Positions 44,418 through 52,854 of a DNA stretch of 64,000 nt are shown here, piece by piece. How positions within the stretch are numbered: position 1 is the stretch's first letter; every line of letters starts with the position of its first letter. Where the stretch lies: NCBI GenBank assembly GCA_011772755.1, contig WVYX01000293.1, forward strand, positions 58,949-122,948, read 5' to 3'. The notes beneath the pieces were generated by a model that saw nothing but the letters and a program-made list of their open reading frames with translations, did not search any database and was not told the origin of the DNA. The stretch is from Gemmatimonadales bacterium. Its GTDB lineage: Bacteria; Gemmatimonadota; Gemmatimonadetes; Gemmatimonadales; GWC2-71-9. Both the position numbers and the translations under genes were made by a program.

Positions 44418-45471
44418 ATGCGTCCAGTACCTCCCCAGCAGCTTCGAAGATTGCGCCCAGCGCTTGTAGCTGCGCTTGCGTCAGCGGGGTCCCCGAGACA
44501 TCCGTGAAGGTCGGTGCGTCTGGGTTGCCCGAGATCTCGATCACGGTATCGCCGTTGTACGTCACGCTACCGGTAATGGTCGTTTGCGTGCCGGTAACGT
44601 CGAACACGACGGTGTTGCCGTCGTAGGTGATGGTCAGCGTGACGCTGATGCTCTGCGCCTGAAGATCGGCGGTGAGCAACAGGCTGACGCCGGCATTTTC
44701 ACTCGGCACAGAGACATCGTAGTCCACCGTGATGCCCGTCGTCTCAGACAGCGAGAGGGACAGGTCGAAATCGACCTGAGTCGTGCCGTTCGAGACGTAG
44801 CCTGCGGCGCTGAGCGTCACGCTGCTCGTCGTGACAGTTGCGCTCGCGTCGTAATCGAGCACGGTGGTCCCGCTCACGACCGCAGTGATCCCCAGCATGT
44901 CCACTGACGGCGATGACTTGTCCTCGAGGTCGAGGTGGCCGATCTCGTTCAGTGGGATGACCGGCTGGTGCAGCACCGGATCGACGGCGTAGAGGATGAA
45001 CCGCACGCCGGCCGTCGGGGCGCCCGTCCGAGTGTCGTCGACTTCGTACATCCCCGTCTGGTCGTTATAGACCAGCGTCTTCCCGAGGAGGTCCGCCGGG
45101 AAGAGCACCGCTGGCTCAGCTGGGCTGTAGAATGCCGGTGGCTGGTCGAGCTGGCGCAGGCGCCTCAGGAGCCAGTGCTCGGCCTCGTCCGGTGTGGGGG
45201 TGTCGAGGGGCAGCTCGGCAGCCGCGGCTACCGGCCCTGCCGCAAACGAGGGGAATCCCTCGCTCAGCACCGCAACGCTCTGAACTGCCGGGTTGTCCGA
45301 GACGGCGAGGAAGACGTCTTCCGCAGCGCGTTGCGTCGTCACTGGGTCGAACTCGTCGCCCGGACCGGTGGAATCGCTGCAGGCGCCAAACGCGAGGGCG
45401 CCCAGGCACAGAAGTGCCGGTCCGATCAACCCCAGCTTGCGACGGCGCGATTTACCAGAATGGGTACGCAT
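44356..45471 (-). CDS. Hypothetical lipoprotein (Thr/Val-rich beta-rich C-terminal half)
   Basis: LLCLGALAFGAC lipobox; 371 aa. Confidence 0.65.
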   Translation of the reverse strand: MRTHSGKSRRRKLGLIGPALLCLGALAFGACSDSTGPGDEFDPVTTQRAAEDVFLAVSDNPAVQSVAVLSEGFPSFAAGPVAAAAELPLDTPTPDEAEHWLLRRLRQLDQPPAFYSPAEPAVLFPADLLGKTLVYNDQTGMYEVDDTRTGAPTAGVRFILYAVDPVLHQPVIPLNEIGHLDLEDKSSPSVDMLGITAVVSGTTVLDYDASATVTTSSVTLSAAGYVSNGTTQVDFDLSLSLSETTGITVDYDVSVPSENAGVSLLLTADLQAQSISVTLTITYDGNTVVFDVTGTQTTITGSVTYNGDTVIEISGNPDAPTFTDVSGTPLTQAQLQALGAIFEAAGEVLDAFDDLLAPAFKVLQISIFFDL

Positions 45472-45665
45472 GGCCTTCTCCTCACTTGGTCCGCGTTGGT
45501 GTGGTCCTGTGTCACAAGCGCGGCGCCGACCTCTGGTGTGTGACGTTCGTCACCAAGAGTGCGGCGCTCTTGGCGTCTAATGTAGGCTCCTTCGCCTCAC
45601 GCCGATGTGACGCCTGCCACGCGTTTTGTGGTCTTTTGGCACATTCCCACCCCAGCGCGCCACGG

Positions 45666-45974
45666 TCACCGCATGTCCGTGGCCGTGCGACCTCCGTGCA
45701 GCTCCTCCCGCATCCGATCGAAGTTCCACGCGATGGCGTGCAGAATCACGACCGCGATGGCACACAGCAGAGCGAAGACGGCTGCGATGCCGGTGGCAAA
45801 CCACAGCACGATCTCCAGCGAGAGCGAATTCAGGTTAGCTGCCATGAGGAGGAAGGCACAAGCCATGAGGTAGATCGCGTACCGCTGCATCCGATGGGCG
45901 ACGACCGCCGGCGGAATGACGAACTTGCGGGGGATCACGACCCCCGGTGCAGCTTCTAAACTCGGCCGTTCCAT
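45666..45974 (-). CDS. Small 2-TM membrane protein
   Basis: Trimmed to ATG 45974 (upstream part is repeat-derived); two hydrophobic helices. Confidence 0.5.
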   Translation of the reverse strand: MERPSLEAAPGVVIPRKFVIPPAVVAHRMQRYAIYLMACAFLLMAANLNSLSLEIVLWFATGIAAVFALLCAIAVVILHAIAWNFDRMREELHGGRTATDMR

Positions 45975-46068
45975 TACTGACCCCTGTGAGTCCCAGGGCG
46001 AAACGTCGGTTGGGCTCGTCGGCACGTCAAGAGCGAACTGGCGAGGCTGCTGCAGCGGGCAACTAGCC

Positions 46069-46212
46069 GTTCGCAATTCGCAATTCGTCTGGGGAAACGC
46101 GTCCACGAGCCAGTCCAATTGCTGAGCGTCGAGCCCCTCCGCTGAGGCTCAAACTCCTGGCGAAGGTGTTGGAGACGTTTGAGCCTCACGAATGGCGAAT
46201 TGCAAATTGCGA
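46069..46212. repeat. Nested inverted repeats: outer GCAATTC-heptamer arms, inner perfect 11-bp IR
   Basis: TCGCAATTCGCAATTCG (46071-87) vs CGAATTGCAAATTGCGA (46196-212), 16/17; inner GAGGCTCAAAC (46144-54) / GTTTGAGCCTC (46177-87). Confidence 0.85.
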
Positions 46213-46356
46213 GCTGCTATGTGGCGGCTCGCCGCGGAGCGCTCCTCTCTCGCCGTATCGCCGCGGAGCCGTAGATTTCCCTACAGCATCCGTTCTGTCC
46301 ACTCCGTCCGACTATCCGAATTGTCGATTGGACGCTGACCCGAGGGAGCTACTACG

Positions 46357-46773
46357 ATGGCGACATCGCGCCGCTGGACGTTTACGCTTGCCGAGGAATT
46401 CGGCCACCGGAACATCACGCCCGATGTAGAGGCGTTGGTGACGGAGGCCGGTTTTCAAACGGGGGTCGTGACCGTGCATCTGCCCGGCTCGACCGGGGCG
46501 GTCACCACGATCGAGTACGAGCCGGGGGCTCTCGAGGATCTCCGCCGGGCGCTCGATCAGATCGCGCCCGCCGACGAGAACTACGAGCACAACAAAGCGT
46601 GGCATGACGGCAACGGGTTCTCGCACGTGCGCTCGGCCTTGCTCAAGACGAGTATCTCTGTCCCGGTTATCGACGGCAAGCTTCAACTGGGGACCTGGCA
46701 GGAGATCCTGCTACTCAATCTCGACAATCGAAAGCGGACCAGGGATGTGGTGGCCGTGGTGGTGGGAACCTGA
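46357..46773 (+). CDS. YjbQ/UPF0047 family (secondary thiamine-phosphate synthase) protein
   Basis: TGAVTTIEYEPG...D..HN...DGNG.SH...L...S..VP...G.L.LGTWQ pattern. Confidence 0.85.
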   Translation: MATSRRWTFTLAEEFGHRNITPDVEALVTEAGFQTGVVTVHLPGSTGAVTTIEYEPGALEDLRRALDQIAPADENYEHNKAWHDGNGFSHVRSALLKTSISVPVIDGKLQLGTWQEILLLNLDNRKRTRDVVAVVVGT

Positions 46774-46793
46774 GGCCTGGTCAGCGAGCGTGC

Positions 46794-47180
46794 TTACCGG
46801 CCTCTCCTCGGCTTGACGTTCCACACCTCGACCTTCCCCTTGTTGCCCACGAACGCGTTGGCCATCCATCCCGTGAGGCCAACGATGATGGAGGCAAGGA
46901 TCGCCGAGCCCAGCCCATCGATGTGGAATGACCGCATCATCGATGCAACCAACATGAGCATCGCCCCGTTGATTACGAAGAGGAACAATCCCAACGTCAC
47001 CAGGGTGATGGGAAAGGTCAGGAAGATCACGATGGGCCGGATGAAGGCGTTGATCAGCCCCAGGAGCAACGCCGCGAGCCAGAGGGCCGCCAGACCATCG
47101 AAGCGAATCCCGCCGAGGATGGTGTCTGCCATCCACAGACCGAAGGCCGTGATGAACACTCGTGCTATGAAGCCGCGCAT
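46794..47180 (-). CDS. Phage holin family (YvlD-like, PF04020-type) membrane protein
   Basis: FITAFGLWMADTILGGI...LINAFIRPIVIFLTFPITLVTLGLFLFVINGAML. Confidence 0.75.
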   Translation of the reverse strand: MRGFIARVFITAFGLWMADTILGGIRFDGLAALWLAALLLGLINAFIRPIVIFLTFPITLVTLGLFLFVINGAMLMLVASMMRSFHIDGLGSAILASIIVGLTGWMANAFVGNKGKVEVWNVKPRRGR

Positions 47181-47334
47181 CTCTATGCATCCCTTCGGAC
47201 CGGCGCCCCAGAAGGTTTCAAGGCACCCTCCCGACGCGGCCGCTCACAGCAAGCTCTCATGGCTGCGAGAGGGCGTCAAGCGAAGCGTGAGTTCATTGCC
47301 CAGTACAGGCTCCACCCTGGCGACCGGCTGACCC

Positions 47335-48063
47335 ATGGCACAGGCCGCCATCGCCTTCACCGGCACACGATTCGCCCACGACGGGCGGCACATCCTTGGG
47401 CCCTTGGACCTCATGATCCCGCCAGGTGAGACACTGGTGCTGCTCGGCAAGAGTGGCTCGGGTAAGACCACGATGCTGCGGCTGATAAATGCGCTCCTGA
47501 TCCCCACGGGCGGTGAGGTGTTCGTCCTCGGCCGCAGCACGCGTGACTGGGACCCCGTTCGGCTGAGGCGCTCGATCGGCTACGTGATTCAAGAGGTCGG
47601 GCTGTTGCCCCACCTGTCCGTGGCGCGAAACGTCGGACTGGTGCCGGCTTTGGAGCGGTGGTCCGCTGACCGGATCGAGCGTCGCGTCGCGGAGCTCCTG
47701 GACCTGGTCGGTCTCCCAGTGAGGGACTTCGCGGCTCGGCTGCCCCACAAACTCTCGGGCGGTCAGCGCCAGCGGGTGGGAGTGGCCCGCGCCCTGGCGG
47801 CGGATCCGCCGATTCTCCTATGCGACGAGCCATTCGGCGCCGTAGATCCGGTGACGCGGGCCGAACTCCAGCGTGAGTTCAGGGATCTGGCGAAGCGACT
47901 GCGCAAGACGGTGGTCTTTGTGACCCATGACGTGCGTGAGGCGCTGGTGTTGGGGGACCGCGTGGCGCTCATTGAAGCCGGGCTGGTCAGCTTCCTGGGC
48001 TCGCCGAATGACTTCCGCCACAGCGACGACCCAGCCGTCGCCGCCTTCCGCACACTGCTATGA
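47335..48063 (+). CDS. Osmoprotectant-type ABC transporter ATP-binding protein
   Basis: GKSGSGKTT Walker A, LSGGQRQR signature, LLCDEP Walker B; linked to OpuC-like permease and SBP. Confidence 0.85.
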   Translation: MAQAAIAFTGTRFAHDGRHILGPLDLMIPPGETLVLLGKSGSGKTTMLRLINALLIPTGGEVFVLGRSTRDWDPVRLRRSIGYVIQEVGLLPHLSVARNVGLVPALERWSADRIERRVAELLDLVGLPVRDFAARLPHKLSGGQRQRVGVARALAADPPILLCDEPFGAVDPVTRAELQREFRDLAKRLRKTVVFVTHDVREALVLGDRVALIEAGLVSFLGSPNDFRHSDDPAVAAFRTLL

Positions 48064-48698
48064 GCTTCTTTGAGTTTGTGCTCCAGAATCGCGGAGATGT
48101 CTGGTTCCGCACGGTGGAACATCTGGTGCTGGTTGGGATCTCCACAGGCGCGGCGATCGCAATCGGCGTCCCCCTCGGCATCGGGATCTCACGCAGCGCA
48201 AGGCTCCGAGCGCCGGTGCTCGGCGTGGCGAACGTGTTTCAAACCATCCCGAGTCTTGCTCTGTTTGGCTTTCTGATCCCTGTTCCGTTTGTCGGCGGCA
48301 TCGGGGCCCGCACCGCCATTGTGGCCCTGGTACTGTACGCGCTGCTTCCGATCATACGAAACACCTATGCCGGCATCGTGGGTGTCGATCCCGCCGTTCG
48401 GGAAGCAGCCCGGGGGATGGGAATGACTGACGCAGAGCTGCTGCGCTTAGTGGAGCTCCCTCTGGCCGTTCCCGTCATGCTAGCAGGGATCCGCGTTGCG
48501 ACCGTCATCGGGGTGGGGATCGCCACCATTGCGGCCGCGATCGGTGCCGGTGGGCTCGGCGTGTTCATCTTCCAGGGCGTGGCGCTAGTGGACCACGCGG
48601 TGATCCTCGCCGGTGCGGTGCCAGCAGCCCTGTTGGCGTTGATGCTGGATGGAGGACTACATCTGGTGGAGCGGAAGTTGGACTGGAGGGCAAGGTGA
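48060..48698 (+). CDS. Osmoprotectant-type ABC transporter permease
   Basis: 212 aa, BPD-type permease with EAA-like loop (REAARGMGMT). Confidence 0.85.
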   Translation: MSFFEFVLQNRGDVWFRTVEHLVLVGISTGAAIAIGVPLGIGISRSARLRAPVLGVANVFQTIPSLALFGFLIPVPFVGGIGARTAIVALVLYALLPIIRNTYAGIVGVDPAVREAARGMGMTDAELLRLVELPLAVPVMLAGIRVATVIGVGIATIAAAIGAGGLGVFIFQGVALVDHAVILAGAVPAALLALMLDGGLHLVERKLDWRAR

Positions 48699-49678
48699 GG
48701 GGCAGGTGGGGCAGCGGGGGCAAAAGGGGTAGGAGATCTCCCACTCGGCTTGCTCTGCCCCATCTGCCACTCCTCCCCCTCCTCCTGGCGGCTGGTGCGT
48801 GTGGCAGGGGCGATGACACCCTCACCGTAGCCTCCAAGAACTTCACCGAATCAGTGCTCCTCGGCGAAATCGTGGCACAGCAGCTCGAGCGTCATGGGTT
48901 CCACGTGGATCGTCGGCTCAACTTGGGTGGGACGTTCATCTGCCACGAGGCGATGAAGGCGGGACAGGTCGACGTCTACGTCGAGTACACGGGCACGGCA
49001 CACTCGGCGATCTTGGGACTCCCCACCGTCCGTGATCCAGCCAGAGTCCGTCAGGAGGTGGACAGCATCTATCGCGAACGGTGGGGCCTCGTATGGACCG
49101 CGCCCCTGGGCTTCAACAACACGTTTGCCATGCTGGTCCGCCGTGAGGATGCCCGGCGGCTTGGCATCTCGACCTTGTCAGGTGCCGTGCCTCACGCCTC
49201 CGACTGGCGGCCAGGCTTCGGCTACGAGTTCATGCAGCGGGAAGACGGGTATCGTGGGCTGGTGGACACCTATGGGTTCAGCTTCCCGATGCAGCCGGCC
49301 GTGATGGACCTGGGGTTGACCTATCGGGCGCTTGCCGAAGGCCAAGTGGACATCATTGCCGGCAACTCCACCGATGGGCAGATCCAGGCCCTCGAGCTGG
49401 TCCACCTGAGGGACGACAAAGAGTACTTCCCGCCGTACGAAGCCGCACCGGTCGTTCGGTCCCAGGTGCTCACCGCCCGTCCGCAGGTTGGCGCAGCCCT
49501 TGCCGCGCTTGGCGGGACGATTGACCAGGAGACTATGCGACGGCTCAATCGCCTGGTCGATGTGGATCGAAGAGACGTGAAGGAGGTGGCGAGAGAGTTT
49601 CTCGATGGCCTGGGGCATCGGGGACGGGGAGAGGAGGAGGAGATGGGGGAGGTGGGGGAGGGGAGGGTTCGACGCTGA
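48695..49678 (+). CDS. Glycine betaine/choline-type substrate-binding lipoprotein (OpuCC/OsmX-like)
   Basis: GTGA start/stop overlap; LLLAAGAC lipobox; NFTESVLLGEI...YVEYTGT; both ends of the CDS are repeat-derived. Confidence 0.8.
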   Translation: MRGRWGSGGKRGRRSPTRLALPHLPLLPLLLAAGACGRGDDTLTVASKNFTESVLLGEIVAQQLERHGFHVDRRLNLGGTFICHEAMKAGQVDVYVEYTGTAHSAILGLPTVRDPARVRQEVDSIYRERWGLVWTAPLGFNNTFAMLVRREDARRLGISTLSGAVPHASDWRPGFGYEFMQREDGYRGLVDTYGFSFPMQPAVMDLGLTYRALAEGQVDIIAGNSTDGQIQALELVHLRDDKEYFPPYEAAPVVRSQVLTARPQVGAALAALGGTIDQETMRRLNRLVDVDRRDVKEVAREFLDGLGHRGRGEEEEMGEVGEGRVRR

Positions 49679-49717
49679 CTCCCCTCACTCCCCTCCCCCA
49701 CCTCCCCCATCTCCTCC
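49636..49717. repeat. Perfect 30-bp inverted repeat (G-rich / C-rich arms), 22-nt spacer
   Basis: 49636-65 is the exact reverse complement of 49688-717 (checked base by base); lies between convergent genes, with the left arm inside the SBP CDS. Confidence 0.95.
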
Positions 49718-49724
49718 CCTAATC

Positions 49725-50153
49725 TCACCCGAACTCCGCCTTGTCGATCATCTTGACGCCGTTGGCCAGCGTCTTGTGCACGGGGCACCGCTCCACGATC
49801 TGAGCCAGCCGCTTGCGCTGCGCGTCGTCGAAGTCACCGGAGATCCGTACGTGGCTCGTGATCTGGTCAATGAATCCCTTCTTGGGATCGACCGACACCT
49901 CGCGGTCCTCCGCATGGATACGCCCATGCTCATAGGTGGCACTGATGGACTTCAGTACGACGCCCTTGTGGCGACAATACAGCGCCAGGGTGATGAGGGT
50001 GCATGCTGCGAGCGACCCAACGAGAAGCTCGTAGGGGCTCGGTCCGGTGTCGTCGCCGCCGCTTTCCGGCGGCTCGTCGGAGCGCCACGTGTGGCGACCG
50101 TTGGAGAGCGTGACCTCGAGCCCCCTGCGGAGATCGGCAAAGATTCTAGCCAT
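49725..50153 (-). CDS. OsmC family peroxiredoxin-like protein
   Basis: GPSPYELLVGSLAACT and CPVHKTL motifs. Confidence 0.88.
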   Translation of the reverse strand: MARIFADLRRGLEVTLSNGRHTWRSDEPPESGGDDTGPSPYELLVGSLAACTLITLALYCRHKGVVLKSISATYEHGRIHAEDREVSVDPKKGFIDQITSHVRISGDFDDAQRKRLAQIVERCPVHKTLANGVKMIDKAEFG

Positions 50154-50368
50154 GTGGCCTTCTGTCGTTCGGTTTGAGGGTGACGCGCGAGTCAGCCGCC
50201 TTCTGGTTGTACCGGGTACACATGACGGAATGTCACACCACGAGTAGGAAGCCCGCTGCGATCATGGCGAGGCCCAGCCGAAGTGCGGCGCCCGTCCCGC
50301 CGTCGCGCCGGTCCCCCGCTGCCCGCTGCTCCCCGTAGCCGCCCATATGAACGGACATCGCACCGATG

Positions 50369-51130
50369 CTACAACACTGTGTCCAGGAAGCTCACGATGA
50401 TCGCCGCCGCCTGCTCAGCGTGCCGCTGCTGCCCGAATAGGTGGTCTGCATTGGGGATGGCCGCGAACCATCGGGGCTGCTGAGCTGCCGCGAAGATGCG
50501 CTCGCCCTCCTCGATCTCCACGGTGGCGTCCCGGGTGCCATGGACCACGAGAAGCGGACGGCCCAGTTGTCGGATCCGCTCCGGCGAGCAGTGCCGTTCC
50601 AGGTCCCGCAAGAACTGGGCCGAGATCTGGAAGGGTCGGCCCGCGATTCTCACTGTCGCCCGTCCTGCCGCGAGGGCTTGCTCGACGTCGTCTTCGGCGA
50701 AGAGGTGCCGCACGTGGTCAGGGGAAAAAGGGGCGGCGACGGCTACCACTGCCCGGGCACTCGGGGTATTGGCAGCCGCCAGGAGGGTCGCCGCTCCACC
50801 CAGCGAGTGTCCAACCAAGGCACACGGTCTCAACTGCCGAGCTTCCAGGTAACTCGCGGCTGCCTCGATGTCGCTCACGTTGGTGGTGACGTTGGTCTCG
50901 GCGAACTCCCCCTCGCTCTCGCCCAGGCCCGTGAAATCGAACCGGAGCACGGCGTATCCGCCGTCTTCGATCCCGGTGGCGAGGTTCCTGGTCACTTTGA
51001 GTGACCTGGAGCACGTGAAGCAATGGGCGAGAACCACCCCGCCCTTGGGGTGCTCCTCAGGTACCTGAAGGGTGCCGGAGAGCTGACCACCCGAGCCAGG
51101 GAAGGTGACGATCTCGTGGATGTGGGGCAT
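50369..51130 (-). CDS. Alpha/beta hydrolase
   Basis: Trimmed to ATG 51130; GHSLGG nucleophile elbow; 253 aa. Confidence 0.8.
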   Translation of the reverse strand: MPHIHEIVTFPGSGGQLSGTLQVPEEHPKGGVVLAHCFTCSRSLKVTRNLATGIEDGGYAVLRFDFTGLGESEGEFAETNVTTNVSDIEAAASYLEARQLRPCALVGHSLGGAATLLAAANTPSARAVVAVAAPFSPDHVRHLFAEDDVEQALAAGRATVRIAGRPFQISAQFLRDLERHCSPERIRQLGRPLLVVHGTRDATVEIEEGERIFAAAQQPRWFAAIPNADHLFGQQRHAEQAAAIIVSFLDTVL

Positions 51131-51141
51131 CGGAGCAACTG

Positions 51142-51162
51142 GCAATTCGCAATTCGCAATTA
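51142..51162. repeat. GCAATTC heptamer x3
   Basis: GCAATTCGCAATTCGCAATTA, 12 nt upstream of the hydrolase start; same family as 46071-46212. Confidence 0.85.
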
Positions 51163-51214
51163 GCGGTTCGGAGACAAGCATGCGGCGCGGTCCCGAACTG
51201 CCAAGTGTAAACTG

Positions 51215-51583
51215 CTAATCGCTCTCGGCTTTCAGCAATGGCAACTTCTTCAAGCTCTCTTCGTAGGCCTCTGGCGCAGCGTCTCGCAGGGCCGCGCCTG
51301 CGATAGTGCATAGCTTCATGATCTGTTCGTCGCTGAACCCGGCGAGCCTGAGGACGCGCTTCAGTGCCGCCGGAGTCGCCATGGCCAACATCTCGCCGGT
51401 TCGGCCGGCTGAGAACGGTGCCCGCTGCATCCAGGTGCCCGCATCAGGCATCGACCGGCTCACCTGGCTGAACGTCTTGGCGTCCGTAGCGATGCGTACG
51501 GCGATGAAGACGGCCCCCAGGCCCTGCTCCGCCCGGTTCTCGTCGGTACTCAGCTCGCTGGCAACGCGTTGAAGTACGTCCAC
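51215..51583 (-). CDS. Hypothetical protein (DUF2780-like)
   Basis: 122 aa; family assignment from memory only. Confidence 0.5.
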   Translation of the reverse strand: MDVLQRVASELSTDENRAEQGLGAVFIAVRIATDAKTFSQVSRSMPDAGTWMQRAPFSAGRTGEMLAMATPAALKRVLRLAGFSDEQIMKLCTIAGAALRDAAPEAYEESLKKLPLLKAESD

Positions 51584-51592
51584 CGCGGTCTC

Positions 51593-52753
51593 CTAATTGA
51601 TCACACCGCCACCCAGGAGGCGGGCGCCGTCGTACAGCGCCCCCGACTGGCCCGGGGTTATAGCGCGCACCGGTTCCGTCAGTTCGAGGGTCAGGTGACC
51701 GGTTCCATTGGCCGACTGGACGCGCGCCGGTGCCGCCTTGGCCCGGTGACGGACCTGCACCTGACACGCGTCGCCGGCCCCCAGAGGCTCGCCGAGCCAG
51801 TTGATCTCTTCTAGCACCACCTGGTGCCGAAACAGCTGGTCACCGGTGCCCACCACGACGGTCCGGCTTCGCGGCTCGATGGCGACCACGTATAGCGGCT
51901 CAGGAGAGCCGCCAGGGAGCCCTCGGCGCTGTCCCACGGTGTACCGGGCATACCCCCCGTGCTCGCCGATCACTTCGCCGGATGTGGCCCGAATGGGTCC
52001 CGGCGAAAGGGCCGGCGAGTCGGCTGGTAAGTATTTCGCCAGCACGGCGGCATAATCACCGTCCGGTACGAAACAGATCTCCACGGATTCCTGTTTCTCG
52101 GCTGTAACCAAGCCGAGGCGCCGCGCGATGCTGCGGGTCTCGTCCTTGGTCTTGGTGCCCACCGGCGTGAGCATCCGTGCCACCACACGCCGGTCGATGC
52201 CCCATAGAAAATACGACTGATCCTTGGCAGAGTCTCTGCCTCGGAACAGGGCGCCGTCACGAGTGATGGCGTAGTGACCGGTGGCGATGTAGTCGCAATC
52301 CATGGCGTCAGCATGCGCCAGGAGGTCTTTGAACTTGGTGAACGAGTTGCACCGGACACACGGGATGGGCGTGCGGCCGCGGGCGTATTCCGAGACGAAG
52401 TTCTCGATCACGTCAGACCGGAATCGGTCTTCGAGATTCAGGACGTAGTGGGGGATTCCCAGACGCGCTGCCACAGTTGCGGCGTCCCTGATGGAATCCA
52501 ACGAACAGCAGGGACGGTCCGGAACGGTATCGCCGTAGCAGAACAGCTTCATAGTCGCGCCGATGACATCGCGGCCTTCCTCAACCAGCAACGCAGCCGC
52601 CACTGAACTGTCGACACCGCCGGACATGGCGACCAACACGCGCCCCGTGCTCACGATGCTACCTTGAGACGCAGGAGCGGCAGCCGCAGCCCCGCCCAAC
52701 CGCGGCGGAAGGGGCGGCAGGGAACTTGAGACGGCAGCGCAGCACGACGGCAT
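51593..52753 (-). CDS. mnmA: tRNA 2-thiouridine(34) synthase MnmA
   Basis: [14 protein letters not shown]-loop, CC...D, RCN; ATG 52753 lies inside an octamer repeat, so GTG 52654 ([13 protein letters not shown]) is a plausible true start. Confidence 0.88.
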   Translation of the reverse strand: MPSCCAAVSSSLPPLPPRLGGAAAAAPASQGSIVSTGRVLVAMSGGVDSSVAAALLVEEGRDVIGATMKLFCYGDTVPDRPCCSLDSIRDAATVAARLGIPHYVLNLEDRFRSDVIENFVSEYARGRTPIPCVRCNSFTKFKDLLAHADAMDCDYIATGHYAITRDGALFRGRDSAKDQSYFLWGIDRRVVARMLTPVGTKTKDETRSIARRLGLVTAEKQESVEICFVPDGDYAAVLAKYLPADSPALSPGPIRATSGEVIGEHGGYARYTVGQRRGLPGGSPEPLYVVAIEPRSRTVVVGTGDQLFRHQVVLEEINWLGEPLGAGDACQVQVRHRAKAAPARVQSANGTGHLTLELTEPVRAITPGQSGALYDGARLLGGGVIN

Positions 52754-52844
52754 GACGGCATTCGCGTGGCTATCCCGTTGCCCGGTCCTGCCGTCCTGCC
52801 GTGGTCCTGTCAAGCTGTTGTGCCGTTGTCCCGTCAATGCCGTA
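52746..52844. repeat. GACGGCAT x2 plus complementary TGCCGTNN octamer units
   Basis: GACGGCATGACGGCAT (52746-61); CTGCCGTC CTGCCGTG ... TGCCGTTG TCCCGTCA ATGCCGTA to 52844. Confidence 0.8.
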
Positions 52845-52854
52845 GGCTCCCTTG

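Noticed and set aside
50233-50358. 41-aa minus-strand ORF MSVHMGGYGEQRAAGDRRDGGTGAALRLGLAMIAAGFLLVV just after the hydrolase gene (possible small membrane protein)
   Set aside because: There is no Shine-Dalgarno sequence, it is very short, and I have no comparative support. It was noted but not called.
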